Positions 13,106-25,261 of a stretch of DNA of 64,000 bases are shown piece after piece. Position numbers and translations under genes: made by a program. The stretch's first letter is position 1. Every line of letters starts with the position of its first letter. Below the pieces are notes generated by a model. The model was not told the origin of the DNA. It searched no databases and was given only the letters and a program-made list of their open reading frames with translations. Origin of the DNA: Podarcis liolepis (taxonomy: Eukaryota); assembly GCA_965112155.1 (NCBI GenBank), contig OZ218099.1; one strand, written 5' to 3'.

Positions 13106-13226
13106 CAAGGATGAGGAACTTTTGGCTTTCTAGATATTGCTGCATTCCACTGTCCTCATCCCCGGCCAGCAGTCAGGGATAATGGAAATTGTAGCCCAAA
13201 AGCAATCCAAAGGTTCCCCATCCCTG
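13106..13226. mobile_element. Degenerate palindromic hAT-type MITE
   Basis: Similar to the intact copy at 59407-59541. Further decayed copies at about 17666-17804, 26305-26432, 32275-32410, 40105-40239, 47813-47945, 51060-51200, 53581-53715 and 58026-58124. Confidence 0.6.
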
Positions 13227-13343
13227 GATTAAAGGATAAGAAACATGTTTTTGTCATATACTGCACATTAAAAACAAAAGTTAAAAGGAATAACTTTAAT
13301 GTCAGACCAGCTACAAGCAACAGCTCCGTTGTAAGTCACTTAC

Positions 13344-13462
13344 CATCCAGAGAACGGATCCAGTAGGTTGTTCTACCTGCTGGGAACCACTCCACCTAGA
13401 TTTGACTGTTGCCAGCCCAAAGTCTCCAATCTTTACTGTGCGGTCTTCATGAAGAAATATAT
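13344..13462 (-). CDS. RAF1: RAF1 exon 14 ([39 protein letters not shown])
   Basis: DFG motif and activation loop, 119 nt. Confidence 0.97.
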
Positions 13463-14242
13463 CTACATAACTCTTAAGGAACACACATGGACAGTCACTT
13501 CAGTTACCAAACACAGTCATCCTTGCATCCAGGCCTGTTTCCAGAAGATATTCTACACTAGTTTTTAATGAATGTGTTTTAAGAACACAAGATGGATCAG
13601 ACTGGATCAGGCCAATGGCTCATCTAGTCCATCACCTTGTTCTCACAGTGACCAACCAGGTTTATAAATATATTGTAAAATATTTGGTATTAAAAGGAAG
13701 GTGGTAAGGTGCCTAGGTACATCCTTTTTTCTCCCACACCTTCCCCACTCCCCAGATTTTTATTACTCTCAGCACTGAACTTCCAACTATAGGTAAAAGG
13801 GAGGTACTTGAGTCCATCAGCAGACTGCTTACTATTTTTAAGTTCTCTCAAAACACACAATTTGGTTTCTTTTAATTAAGTTTCCGTGTATCCGCTGCAC
13901 TTTATAGAGTCCTATCCACTGAAAGCTTCAAAGGACATTGAGCTTTCCAGAGACAGGACCTGTAAAGAATGCAGACCATACATTATAAGGTTTGGTTTTT
14001 AAACAATAAAATAAAATTATGTGTTATGAATTTAGAGATCTTGAAAACAGCCCCAGTTTTCAACTCAGATCTGCAAACGAAAGACAGCTAACGAATGCAG
14101 AAGTAACCTTCAATATTGCTATTAACTAACATGTCTTCATATCACTTAATCATCAGAACAAACTAGAAATACTATGCCCCATGTTCCATATTGATCTAAT
14201 GATGGCAGGCCATCAGAATTCCACCCAGTAAGAAAAGGATAC
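13463..14242 (-). other. RAF1: U12-type (minor spliceosome) GT-AG intron of RAF1
   Basis: 5' site GTATCCTTTT; branch-site-like TTCCTTAAG 10 nt from the 3' AG; no polypyrimidine tract. Confidence 0.9.
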
Positions 14243-14289
14243 TATTCGATTTCATATCTCTGTGTATTATATTCTTCGCATGTAAGTAG
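14243..14289 (-). CDS. RAF1: RAF1 exon 13 (YLHAKNIIHRDMKSN)
   Basis: HRD catalytic loop, 47 nt. Confidence 0.97.
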
Positions 14290-14661
14290 CTGTAAACAAA
14301 ATTTGAGACATAAAAATGTGAACATATTTACATGTCAAACGTCAAGTTTCAAAGCAACAAACTACATCCTTAATCAAACACAATGAAGATTATCATTTCC
14401 TCAGTAGTTATCTACTGTAGCTAGAAAGCTTTCATTTTATCAATTTAGAATCAGACAGTGCTATTTTTGTATATCAGGAAAACATCTTTGTAATCTCTCT
14501 CTGGAAGATTGCCCGGTGTTTTTATATTTCAAGTTTTACAGGCACTATCAAGATCTGCCTAGACCCAAGACAGCACTGCCTTGATTTTCTCTAGCACTAT
14601 TTCATCTTTGGAGCACTCAACACCACTTCCATAGCTACAATGATTCAGTCCAGATTACTCA

Positions 14662-14859
<198 letters not shown>

Positions 14860-15987
14860 TCAACATATGAACATGGAGTGTATGTTTAGCTTTGTAAATT
14901 AAATAAACATGTGAAATTTAGAACTCCATTGATTTAGGGGTGGATTTTTCTTCTGATCCAAAGCTTTCCAAAAAACTAGTACCTCTGAACCCAAGCTGAA
15001 GCTCAACTGCTTTTCTCTATAGCAAAGGTTTTGCAGGCAGATGTAAATTTAACAGAGAAAGAGAAACGTCTATTTATAGAAATAAATGTCTTTTACTAAT
15101 GACAGAATAATGAATGAGCCTGAATTTCCCTGTGCATATGTGGCTCTTTGAATTTTGGTGATGCAGTCTTTCCTGCTTGGATTTGAAGATGAATTTGAGC
15201 AGCATCCAATATAAACTGTTGGGCCGGGGGGGGGGAGGAGCTGTCCCTCTTCAGCTAGTCAGGCAGAACCCCCTGGAACACTGTTCTGAAGGCTGGCATA
15301 TCCTCTAATGTGGCATGAGACACAAGCAGCTGCTGCCAGAAAGGGGATCGGGGCGGGGATGTAAATCAGCAAATCCTTCCCTTTGCATGCAAAGGAGTGC
15401 TTTGTGCACACTTCTACATCAGTCTGTTGCCCAGTGAATAGCTTTGAGGACTAACAAGCAGGACTGACCCAAAACAGTTTGCTGTCTGAGGCAAAGGACA
15501 AGATGGCACTCCCTTCACATTCCATACACAGAAGCTGACTGGGCTGACAACGGGCTCTTTCTCCAAACTGGTAAAATGATAGCACCCTCCACCGCACTTG
15601 AGTCAGGAATGACTGGGGGGTGGGGAGCACAGGAGGAATAGCCAAGAGGCTGCTGCTTCCCCTCAACATCTGCTACCTGAGGCAGTTGGTTTATGTTGCG
15701 TAATGGTAGGGCCAGCCTTGACAAGTATTGATCACAGTTCCAGCCAACAAGGAACTGTAAGCTAACAAACTGAACATCCCTGCCTCAGGATAGTCTACAA
15801 TTTGGAGGCAGCAGTATGAGAGTCTGGTAAATCTTTCAGTTCTGTTTAGTTTACTATCCTTGCGATAACCTCACACAATAAAGCGTTCTACTGAAAACAC
15901 AATGAGTCTGTGCATCCAGCCACTTTAGACAAGAGTCAACTTAATAAAAGTACTAGACAAGCATTTTAAAGTCACCATGTTGGCTTA

Positions 15988-16287
<300 letters not shown>

Positions 16288-17028
16288 TTACACTGAGGCA
16301 CAGAGGTCTGCTCAAAGGAAAAACATACAACGCCCCACAAGGCAGGACCAAGCATTTGAGTACACTAAGTAGTTCTTTGAATCTTGGCCACTATTTCCAA
16401 ATACCCACTTCCCTTCCACCAATGCAAGCGCACCTTATAAGAATAATGGAAGAGCTGTTTATAATTTGCTGTAAACATGATAATGGAAAAGATGATGAAA
16501 TGTGGCTGCTAAAGTTTGCTCAGCATGGTGCGTGCAATGCCACCTCCTGATGGGCAGGACATATGGTCAGCCTTTCTCCCAATTTTGAAACTGAATGAGC
16601 ATGATTGTAATTTGGTGTACTGGGTTGCTGTTATTTCATTCTGCAACTCTATAAAGTATCTTTTTTCCTACCTGCTTTTTTTTTGGTGCAACATGTTTTT
16701 GTACGTAACAAAAATTCAATAAACACTTGAAGAAGAAAAAATGACAGAGACAATATTTCAAAAAATAAAAATGGAAAAACAAAATTGCAGAGGAGAGAGG
16801 GGATTGTTCCTGCAGCTGAGCAGCAATTCCCATCACCACCCCAGTTCCAAAGTTGGAATGAAGGGTTCTCTGCCCCATACATAATTATGGGATCAGTTCT
16901 TATCAGATATCTATGAATCAAAAATATTAAACCTGTACACATGACCAAATGTATATATTTTTTACTATGTTAAACAATTTTAATATTGATATTTTCCAAG
17001 AAGAGTGGTAGGAATACTTGATACTTAC

Positions 17029-17146
17029 CATGCCATTTGCCTTTGTAAACAGTCCCAAAAGAACCTGACCCTACTCTGGTAGAGAGCATAACTTCACTTG
17101 CTTCTATTTCCCAATAATAATTTGAGTCTCTCTGTCCACGAGGTCT
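17029..17146 (-). CDS. RAF1: RAF1 exon 10 ([39 protein letters not shown])
   Basis: N-region plus GxGxxG loop, 118 nt. Confidence 0.97.
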
Positions 17147-17811
17147 CTGGAAAGCAAGTAAATTTTTACAATACAGACAGCATGGCCTGGAAACAAAGTT
17201 TCACAGGTTCAGATTAAAGCTTGCCGCAAGTATGATTAATGATATTTGGAAATAATCTAGATCTGACTACGCAGTACATACACAGTTATACTGTAGACTT
17301 AACAAAATGTCAACAGGAAATATGTTTAAGCAAACTAAGGACTGAATGGGCATCTGTATATTTCTTAATCTGTTGTACAGCTGGAAAATAATCTATGCCG
17401 TAACATCACTCCCAATAACTTTTTTTTCTATTTAATGACAATCAGATTTCCCTCTTATACAAATGTGGTCATATTCTCATCTCCATGCTAACAGGCTGTT
17501 TCTAATACTTCCTGTGCCAGTAGATAAAAGCTTATCAGCTGTAACAACACAAAGTCAGAAATTGTAATTTTTTACTGGTTCAAGGGGCTGATGTAAAGAT
17601 CTAGGTGCTGTATTATGATACTGAGCAGAGTAATATGGAGGCAGGTGCTATTGCAAATTGGAGACTAAGGATGGGGAACCCGTGGCCCTCCATGTTGCTA
17701 GACCACAACTCCCATCAGCCTTAGCTGGCACGCCCAATGGTCACAGATGAAGGAAATTGTAGTCTAGCAACATCTGAGAAGGCCCACAGGTTAGGCCACC
17801 CCTGCTGGAGA

Positions 17812-18295
17812 GTTGCGCTGGGTTTGTTTTTAGAATCAGGGTGAAGGCATTAGTGAAGACTGTAAAATTGTTCAGTTTCTGTTAATTGGTTCTCGTGGGA
17901 AACTTGCAGATTCTAGCTTCACCAATTAACTCAAGCTGGTGTCAATTTACTCTTGGCAGAAAGCCCAGGTCTGCTTGACCTAGAAACTACTCACTCTGAT
18001 TGGTTAACGAGCAGCACTCAACTCTGTTATCAAGGGATTGTTAGCTCAGTTTGGTGTGAGGTGTTGTTAGGAGTAGAAGTGCTGTGTATGGTTTTGAGAG
18101 AGAGAGAAAGAGAGGGTTTATTTTGCTTTTATTTGTATGCAGAAACTCTGCTGGTTTTATTTTTTCCTTTTAATAAATCCTGTAAATAGTTATTCTGAGT
18201 CTAGCTGACTAGTCATTACCGCCGCGACTAGCTTCCTCGCTGTGCAGGAAAACTCTGCTACGTTTGGGCTAAAGCCAGTAGGGCTATGCCTGACA
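17812..18295 (+). mobile_element. Possible solo LTR
   Basis: About 480-nt block ending in TGACA with an internal AATAAA (about 18172) and CpG-containing 3' part. Left end and TSD not resolved. Confidence 0.35.
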
Positions 18296-18502
18296 CTTCA
18301 AAGTTCCATGAAAAATAACATTGACAAACACTTGGACTTCTTTTAGAAGCTCACACACTATTCAGCTATGGCAGCAGCATAAAGGGTATGACACAGAATA
18401 CATGCAAATCATAGCGACACATCCAGCTGCAAGCTGTAATAAATTTGAAAATCACGTTGTATACTCTGAGTATCTTCCGGCTGTAAATACCCTGATACAT
18501 AC

Positions 18503-18627
18503 GATTTTTTTTTCTTGCGAATTACATCCTGCAGCTCTCTCTCTTGGGGCTGGAACTGGTGTTTTGGGCTGGGACCATCCTGTTGGACTTGTATTGTTGG
18601 GGCTTCCGGATATAGCTGAGGGTGACG
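18503..18627 (-). CDS. RAF1: RAF1 exon 9 ([41 protein letters not shown])
   Basis: gaag acceptor, gtatg donor, 125 nt, frame preserved; SP ERK-feedback sites retained. Confidence 0.93.
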
Positions 18628-18839
18628 CTTCGCATGTTTGAAGAAAGATGAAAGAGACGCTTACTAACATTAGACAACCCCCATATCAGAAGCAAGAAAA
18701 ACATGCGGGAACTGGTATGACACCATGTTGTGCAAAGCCTAAGTCCGTTTTACTGCATCAATGATATTCTGTGCCCCAGCTGCATGCTAATTCTAACATG
18801 GAAGCACTTTTTAATGTAGAAACGTTCATAATATGAATC

Positions 18840-19011
18840 ATCATAATTCAGTGGCAGAGCACAAGCTTTCCCTGCAGAAGGTTCCAAGTTCAATCCCTGG
18901 CATCTCCAGGTAGGACTGGGAAAGACCTCCTGATGGAACTCTGGAAAGCTGCTGCCAGTCAGAGAAGACCACATTAAGCTAGATCGTCTGAATCAACATA
19001 AGGCAGCTTCC
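18840..19011 (+). mobile_element. tRNA-derived squamate SINE (Squam2-like), decayed
   Basis: CAGTGGCAGAGC A-box-like, AGTTCAATCCC B box, body GCATCTCCAGGTAGG...GCTGCTGCCAGTCAG; fragment also at about 1025-1130. Confidence 0.6.
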
Positions 19012-19058
19012 CAAGTGGCCCTCCCAGTATCCCACATATTATTAAGTGAAACACTCAC

Positions 19059-19086
19059 CAGATTCACTGTGACTACGTATCGCATC
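19059..19086 (-). CDS. RAF1: RAF1 exon 8, 28-nt microexon (DAIRSHSES)
   Basis: tttcag/gtgag boundaries; phase links exon 7 to exon 9. Confidence 0.95.
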
Positions 19087-20878
19087 CTGAAACAAAAAGA
19101 ACAGGTATCAACACTTCAGCATAATTGCTCTGGAAGGCGGAATAGAGCAGAAAATTTCTCACTAACGGGAAACTGGCTCAGCAGCTTTAATTGTAGACAC
19201 CAAACCACCACAACATTTGGAGATGCTGGCCATTTAAAATGCAAGGAAACTTAAGTATGCCTCACTTTTAAAATGAAGTTGTCGAATTAATCGTTGAAGT
19301 ATTCACAGGAGCATTCAAGTTAACATTTCATGAAAGGCCACCATTAACCAATCAAGTTAGTGGTGTAACATGTATTTTGCATAACCTACTACATATAGAG
19401 CAAGTCCAGTTCCATCTGGTCATATTTAAACATAGCGATGAATTGAATCTGTAAAAGTGGAAATCCACACGGCCCCCACTGTACCACTGCTGCAGCTGAG
19501 CTCGTTTCTCCTTCTCTCACTGCATGCCACACATGCTACCCTGTGTAAACATGCACAGCTCTGATATAAGGCAATTTTAGAATGGTTCCCATTTGTCCAG
19601 CATTATCCAATGCACAGATTGTGTATAGTGGATAGAAAGACACAAAGCAAAATGCAAGGTCAAAAGAAAGGTGAGAAAATAGCCAGAATGCAGTTTTTCT
19701 GCCAAAGCTAAACTGGTCTCACCCTGTGAACTGTCTAGAAGTCAAATTGAGCTACTCAGAGCTCTCTGAAGGAAAAGTAGTATGTAAGCACGTTCAACAA
19801 AATAAAAATAATGAGGATTCAGACAGATTTCTAGTCAAGATGGGCAAGATGAAACACTGAATAAAACCACCTGTAGAAGTATAGCTCAGTGAGAATTGCT
19901 CATCACCTTTCATTCTAAGGAGGTTCATTTGGAAATGGGCAATTGGGAACAGTTCCTGGAATCCCAAGAATTGTGTGCTCACGCAAGAGAAGTGGGGTGG
20001 TGCTTTCTGCTGGCATTTCCTTCTGCCACATAAAATCCTGCTCCAACGGGTCTCCCGACCTTCAGAAGCAGCTCTACAGAGACACAAGTGGCTTCAGCAG
20101 GAAGGGAGAAGGATGGGGAAATCCCCACACAGGGGTATTTGGCACATAGGCCTTTGGATCCCTGCCAGCTAAGCTAAAATGTGGACTTTACAGGAACTTT
20201 CATGCACTTGCTGTGGCTTGGATGTGGCCACAAAGGCACAGGCTGTCCTCTGTTTTGTTTTTTAAAAAAACACAATCCAAATCCTGAATTTCTAAGAAGA
20301 AAATATTCACTGCATTTCAAAGCTGGGTGTTCCCTCATCCCCCAATTTCAACTTAAATAAAGTACTCATCTCCACCAGGCAAAGTATTTTTGAAGTACTG
20401 CTTCTGTGCTCTCTTCTATAATCACAAGCCTTCATTTACTGAAGGCTTGCTTTATATAAAGCTAAACTATTCAGATGTCTGTGTAGCTTCTTGTTGGGAG
20501 CACACTATAATCCACCAACCCTAAAAAAGCAGTTTAAAAAATGACATTTCTGAGTTTTTTATAATAAAAATATTCAACCAGCATGCCCACTTATCATTTT
20601 AACATACAACCACATCCATGAGAGCAAAGCTAAAAGGAACAGGTTTACTCCAGAAGCTATGGATTTTGCTCTGTACCACTGAAAGCTTCATCTGTGTAGT
20701 GCAAGTTCTATTTTGTATTACGAACTCTGGGTTTTAGTACTAGAACTAAACAAACATGCCACACTGGTCTTTCCAAATGCAACTGTTAAGCTACAGTTAT
20801 TTAACTCACACTAATTTGGCCAACTCTCTTAGCAATCCTGTTAACTGAAGAAAGCAAAGGCATCCAGATAATACCTAC

Positions 20879-20938
20879 TCTTCCCCTTAAACAGAATCGT
20901 CTGCACCAGGACCTGGGAGAAGCATTCAGGCTGTTATT
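20879..20938 (-). CDS. RAF1: RAF1 alternative 60-nt cassette exon (NNSLNASPRSWCRRFCLRGR)
   Basis: ttag acceptor, gtaggt donor, phase 0/0; resembles the 20-aa insert of the long human RAF1 isoform and chicken c-mil exon 7a (from memory). Confidence 0.88.
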
Positions 20939-23323
20939 CTAATTCAAAGCAATGAGAAATAAGAAAAGAACAGAGGAAGTAGTAAAAAAAAAGTTTTCAG
21001 CTGCTAAAAAGGAAAGTAGTAACAACAAGGAAAGAAGACAACTTGAAAGAAAAGAGAGTTAACACATTAGCCATGTGAATGTTATTTTATATAGGAACTG
21101 CAGATTAAACCTGATGCAAGAATGCTCTTGAGGTTAGGCAGGCAGACATTCCACCAACCATGAAATATGCTCCAGGGAAAGTTTTCTAAATCATCTCTCC
21201 GCATTTTCAAAACTTGATAGTATTCCAGTTCTGCCATAAGTAGGCTCACAAGAAAAGAACAGTTCAAGAGGGGCTATGAGATTTTAATCTCTACAAGGCA
21301 GATGTATAGAGAATCTGATTATACCCGATACTGATCCAAGCAGAGATAATCTAATCAAACAGATCTGCAATTCAACAAGACGCTAGATGCCATTTTATAC
21401 AAAGGGTTCACTATTCTAGGGTAAAATTCAAAAAGAGAACTCTAGGACTCAGGAGCCTGAGATGCAGCAACAACAACAACCATGGTTTTCTTCTCTCCAA
21501 CTCAAAACACAATTCCAGGGAATATTTCCTAGCCTGGCTTGAGATACTAAAGGTATTGCCACTATCAAAAACCTAAACCATGCTAAAAGGTAAGCATTTA
21601 CATAAGAATCATTGGGAGCCCAAAATAAAGTTCATCCCACTCATCCTATCAAAACATCCAATAAATTAAAGTGGGAGAACAGAAAGCTACGGGCTACAGA
21701 TTTTATGATTCTTATAAACGAGGCAATGAACACCAGAATTCTGCAGCCAGGTAACAAAATTTATACAAATAAAACTATATTTGCATATATAAATCAAATT
21801 TGCATATACCCATCTTACTTTGCACAATTTCTTCTACTATCAATGAGAAAGGTCAAAAGCTATCATAAGCACTCAAATCCTTCCCTTGCTCAGCTTCTCA
21901 CCATTCCGAGTCACTCAGTCAGTATCTGCAGCCTTAAACTCAGCACTTGCTGAATTTCATGCCCTAAACCAGCCTTGCCCTCTAAATGGCCACAGTAGCT
22001 GGGGGTTATGAGAGTTGTAGTCAAACAACATCTGGAGGACTATACACTGGTGAAGGCTACTCTGATCCACTTTCTGAGATATCACACAACTGTGCAATCA
22101 TGGGATACACATCCCTGATAAAAAGAGTGTTACCACATTACAAAACTTCAGCTGCAAAATGGTGTTTGCTTTCTGGCACACTGAAAGCCAGCTGGACCAA
22201 CAAGGGAACTCCAATAATGTAGGGTGGCTCTCTAAAAATTCCTGGAAAAGAACTTTACCATGAAAGCTTTAATGGCTCTACCAAGTGATTTTTGTCTTCA
22301 AACTAGTGATAAGCTCCAAAGTTCAAAAACAGGGGTAGGGGACGTTCAGTAATGATGTTTCCCAGCTCAGGAACCCCCAAGCCCATTACAGTTTGGGTCC
22401 AGATCTTAAAGTGCTTAGCTTAATACCATCCCTTGTAACGAGCTGCCACTTTCTTTTCTGTTCTGATTTACCAGCAAGCTGGGGCAGAAAAGTCTCAATT
22501 TAGTGCTCCCATTAGAATTTTAGCACTGCCATGGAAGCATCCCCGGCACAAGGATTCATGGAACTTACTAGGATGATGAAATAAATTTTGAGGAAGGAGG
22601 TAAGAGGCAGAGGAGGTGCCTCAGGCTTGTCACATTGGAAGAGTGATGGAGCCTTAAACTGAGGATAAAGCATAGCTTGATTTGGGGTCAGTTTGACTCT
22701 GACCTAAATTTGAGTGAGTCTATCCATCACTACTTACAACACCTAATGTGCTACAAGCTATCAAGAACATATTCGTCATGCTGTCACCTACTATCCTGCC
22801 ATACTGTCTCTGTAGTAGGAGAAGAAAAGCAATATAAAAAGCCAAATGAAAATTACTGCTTATAAAGGGGGGGGGGACTGCACACAAATGAACCCTCAAG
22901 ATCTTGATATTAAAAAGAAATCTGTTTAAGGAGAGCTGAGTGGATCTTTTGTTCTATTCAGTGAGATACTGTAAATTGCCATATTTTGTAGCACATAAAC
23001 TCTCTGTTTTAACTGGGTTAACTTTGAACAAGCCATACTTTTATGGAAATATTAACTGATTAGTAAAGGTGATAGAAACAGAAATAATGACATGTCACTA
23101 AGTTGGTCACATACTGTCTACAAGCATCCTGTTCTCTGATCCTTCAAATCATAGTAAAGAATTGGTAACAAACTATGGGGAGTTAGAACATCAGCTGAGA
23201 ACTGCGGTTTGGCAAACTAATGTGTTCTATGAAAGCAGGAATGCGGCTATTATAACCTGCAGTAAGTATTAAACCAATATGCAATTCAGAAACAACTGGA
23301 TAAATACCCAGAAATAGGAATAC

Positions 23324-23477
23324 CTCAATTATTCGGTTATCCACGGGCATAGTTGTGCTGACCATGTGGACGTTTGGTGTTGATGTAGATCTCTGTCTTT
23401 GAGAAAGGGAGCCCTCGGGAGATGGATTTGATGTGCTGAATGTGAAGGCATGAGGTGTAGAATATCTGTGTTGAGAA
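23324..23477 (-). CDS. RAF1: RAF1 exon 7, CR2 ([51 protein letters not shown])
   Basis: RSTSTP 14-3-3 site (S259 equivalent), 154 nt. Confidence 0.97.
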
Positions 23478-24572
23478 CTAAAGGATGGAAACAAACATTT
23501 TTCATTTCTGCTACTAGGAAATGGTGATTCATTGTTAAGCATCAGAAAAGCTGTTCTCTAGGAGATATCACTGCTGTAGAGTCTACTTCTCTTGAAATAA
23601 AATTAATATATGATCAGATTAGTCTGGTTCAGATGTAGCTATCTCAGTTGAACAAACCAGAGTTTAAATGGACTGGGAACCAAGCATGTATGTGCCCACA
23701 CTCTTCCATCTCATCCCTCCAGTCATTTCCTCCCACTTCTGCGCCTGACTTTGGCAAAGCTTTCCTGGCTTCTTAAAACAATGATTTCCCATGCACCCAA
23801 ACTGAGAAACTGCGGTTTAAGAGCTATCTCTAAACCAAAATATCAAACCAGATCAGTTTGTTAAATGTTGTTCAATTTGCCATCATTAAGAGCTGTTCCA
23901 AATTACTACTAAGAATGCAGTTGCAAAGTGAGGAGGCTTCGCAAAATCTCCGCATAATGTTGTCCATCCCATAAGCAGGCACTTAGCTTGCCTTCAGATG
24001 TGAGGATGATTATAGGAAAGAATTAGCTATCATTAAATAAACCTATTGGATGAAGGTTTCCCAACTATGGAATGGTTTTGACACAATACTAACAGGTCTG
24101 GTTGTTAAGTCCAAGCACTGAGGTTACCGCACCCTGTCCTGACTTCACACTATCCAGCTCCCTGTCTGAATCCTGGGTTCAAGCAAACTTTGGTTTGGTT
24201 TGCCCTGGCTCTCCAAACCCAGATTTAAGACCATTGCTTGAAATGGTCTTCCAGGTCTCCTTTAGAAGAGGACCACATGAAACACAGTTTGCTAATCTGC
24301 TTGCTACAGCCAACTATGCCACGCAGAGACCAGGAAGTGAGGGAGGGGTCCAAGTACACGACACACAGGACAGCCAAACCATAAATGTATGTGGATAGGC
24401 CCTATTTAAAAAATAATAACTAAAATATTAATATACTAATAGCATTTTAACTTGTAAAACACTAACCCTTGGTGCTTAGCATGCAGTAAGGAGAGTTTCA
24501 TCGAAGATATTCACACCAAGCTGCTTTTGCACATTGCTATCCAGGCTATTACAGCACTACCATTATGAATTT

Positions 24573-24816
24573 CAGTCGTACCTTGGACGCTGAACGGAAT
24601 CCGTTCTGGAATTCCGTTCGACTTCCAAAACGTCCGAAAACCAAATCACAGCTTCTGATTGGCTGCAAGAAGCTCCTGCAGCCAATCAGAAGCCGCAGAA
24701 GCCCCGTCGGACATTGGGGTTCCAAAAGAACTTTCGCAAACTGGACCATTCACTTTGCAGCGTTCAGGAGCCAAAACGTCCAAGTTCCAGGGTGTTCGAG
24801 ATCCAAGATACAACTG
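24573..24816. mobile_element. Tc1/mariner(pogo)-type MITE
   Basis: Imperfect TIRs CAGTCGTACCTTGGA / TCCAAGATACAACTG, TA on the right flank, internal palindrome CTTCTGATTGGCTGCA...TGCAGCCAATCAGAAG. Confidence 0.75.
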
Positions 24817-24853
24817 TATAGCAAAACACAACAAAAACCAAAGTTCAACTCAC

Positions 24854-24952
24854 TTAACAGGCATCCTGGACACGGACTCCCGCATTCGCCGAGTCGTTAA
24901 GGGAGGTAGCGCAGGGACACCAGTATCACCAACATTTGGGTGTGGAAACAAT
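24854..24952 (-). CDS. RAF1: RAF1 exon 6 ([32 protein letters not shown])
   Basis: 99 nt, canonical splice sites, phase 2/2. Confidence 0.95.
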
Positions 24953-25103
24953 CTGAAATCAAAAGCATGCAGCTGAGCAAAAAAGAAAAAAATAAGCAGA
25001 TTTTTACTAAATGCAATAGGCCTTTATGTTTGAACCAGTGCATTTATTCTAATTTTAAAATAGCTCCATTTTTATTTTTTTTAAGGTTAAAAATAACTCT
25101 TAC

Positions 25104-25261
25104 AAGAGTTGCCGGATGTTGCTCCAGTCCACACACATGGTAGGAACTTTTGTGCTGCAGTGTTCATGGAATTTATAACCGCAGGTTTGACACCGGAATC
25201 CATTTAGTAAAAACTTCTGGCAGATGTCACAGTATGCAAGCTTTAGAAAGGTCTTCCGTGC
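25104..25261 (-). CDS. RAF1: RAF1 exon 5, cysteine-rich C1 domain ([53 protein letters not shown])
   Basis: C1 zinc-finger ligands intact, 158 nt. Confidence 0.97.

Noticed and set aside
21111-21230. Possible additional exon in RAF1 intron 7 (ggcag|AACTGG...CAG|gtttaa)
   Set aside because: Weak donor, no recognisable homology, in-frame stop; much less convincing than the 60-nt and 91-nt candidates.
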